A stretch of 64,000 bases of DNA from a virus. Shown here piece by piece: positions 63,573 through 64,000 of this stretch. The notes beneath the pieces were generated by a model. The model searched no databases, was not told the DNA's origin, and was given only the letters and a program-made list of their open reading frames with translations. The DNA is taken from the IMG/VR virus record IMGVR_UViG_3300012667_000235, positions 330 to 64,329 of that record; one strand, written 5' to 3'. Every line of letters starts with the position of its first letter. Position 1 is the first letter of the stretch. The position numbers and the translations under genes are program-made.

Positions 63573-64000
63573 ATGAAGAAGCTAAGGAAATAGCTAATCT
63601 ACTACGCAGTAATGGAGAAGGTTGCAATTGTAACGCATGGAGTTCAAGTGAGTGTGCATGTGATGCGACATGGGGAGAAGCGTACACCTCACAAGGTGCA
63701 GACACTATCGACACACTAGTAGCAGCAAACTCTATGCTCATAGGTCAACGTGCATCCTTGGTGGTAGAGCGTGATGCACTGGTGCAAGAAGTGGAGCGGC
63801 TGCGTGAGTCATTAGCAGACTTTGCCAGCGCAGCGGTATCTTTGCAAAGGTATATCGCTGAACCAAAGCAGGAGCAAGCGGAGCCGGTGCCACAGTTCCG
63901 CAAAGTGGGTTGCGCTGATTGGTATGACGGATTCCCTGACCATTCTGATGGCGGTGGCCCTTATGAATCTCGCACTCTTTACACCGCACCCCAAGGCCAA
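63569..64000 (+). CDS. hypothetical protein, 3'-truncated by window end; carries module C (KQEQAEPV...YTAPQGQ)
   Basis: ATG 63569 overlaps the previous stop. No stop codon before the window end. N-terminal CNCNAW...ECAC Cys cluster. DNA identical to 55939-55958 at its last 20 nt. Confidence 0.4.
   Translation, partial: MNEEAKEIANLLRSNGEGCNCNAWSSSECACDATWGEAYTSQGADTIDTLVAANSMLIGQRASLVVERDALVQEVERLRESLADFASAAVSLQRYIAEPKQEQAEPVPQFRKVGCADWYDGFPDHSDGGGPYESRTLYTAPQGQ

Noticed and set aside
1-64000. Integrase, excisionase or repressor genes indicating a temperate phage
   Set aside because: No tyrosine or serine recombinase motifs and no CI-like repressor were recognised in any frame. The window looks virulent or lytic in organisation.

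Overview
The window reads as roughly 64 kb of a virulent tailed dsDNA phage, lambda-like siphovirus by tail-gene order. GC is low (about 36-38%, my estimate) with some GC-richer patches. No integrase or repressor is visible.

Genome layout:
- 1-35.4 kb (+): packaging, head, tail and lysis genes.
- 35.5-52.4 kb (-): nucleotide-metabolism and T7-style replication genes.
- 52.9-64 kb (+): small early-type genes.

+ strand structural arm, in order:
- Putative small terminase.
- A free-standing HNH homing endonuclease.
- A large terminase gene split by a ~213-nt ORF-less group I intron. P7 (R/S elements), P8 and P9 are recognisable, and the Walker A motif is only restored by splicing.
- Portal.
- An unusual ~6.5 kb insertion between portal and prohead protease:
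  - a signal-peptide HNH nuclease;
  - fibre-like proteins plus a fibre-assembly chaperone;
  - two tandem glycine-rich paralogs;
  - a 512-aa protein built from about 30 copies of a 14-residue repeat.
- An XkdF-like protease, a GIY-YIG homing endonuclease, scaffold, decoration protein and major capsid.
- Connector proteins, major tail protein, G/G-T chaperones with an A_AAT_TTT -1 slippery site, and a 1402-aa tape measure.
- M- and L-like tip proteins and a 1901-aa NlpC/P60 plus J-like fusion.
- A side fibre with 9-bp microsatellite repeats.
- A lysis cassette ending in an M15 endolysin.

- strand replication/nucleotide arm:
- Thioredoxin-like protein and ribonucleotide reductase.
- An AP2-HNH endonuclease.
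- Two adjacent putative dNTP pyrophosphohydrolases (one MazG-like).
- A DEDDy exonuclease, endonuclease VII, a FEN-type exonuclease and a SLOG/DUF2493 protein.
- A nucleotidyltransferase-like protein next to tRNA-Met(CAT) and tRNA-Arg(TCT).
- A gp2.5-like SSB ending in DDDIPF.
- Family B DNA polymerase and a gp4-like primase-helicase.

+ strand early region:
- A small CDA-fold deaminase and a dCMP deaminase.
- ThyX, an HU-like protein and another HNH homing endonuclease.
- An SPFH protein.
- GC-rich (about 50%) islands of modular, shuffled paralogous small genes, carrying near-identical 20-26 nt DNA repeats.

The most unusual signals are the portal-proximal Gly-rich/repeat-protein module, the intron-split terminase with its adjacent homing endonuclease, the GC-rich mosaic of shuffled gene modules, and the concentration of nucleotide-pool enzymes.
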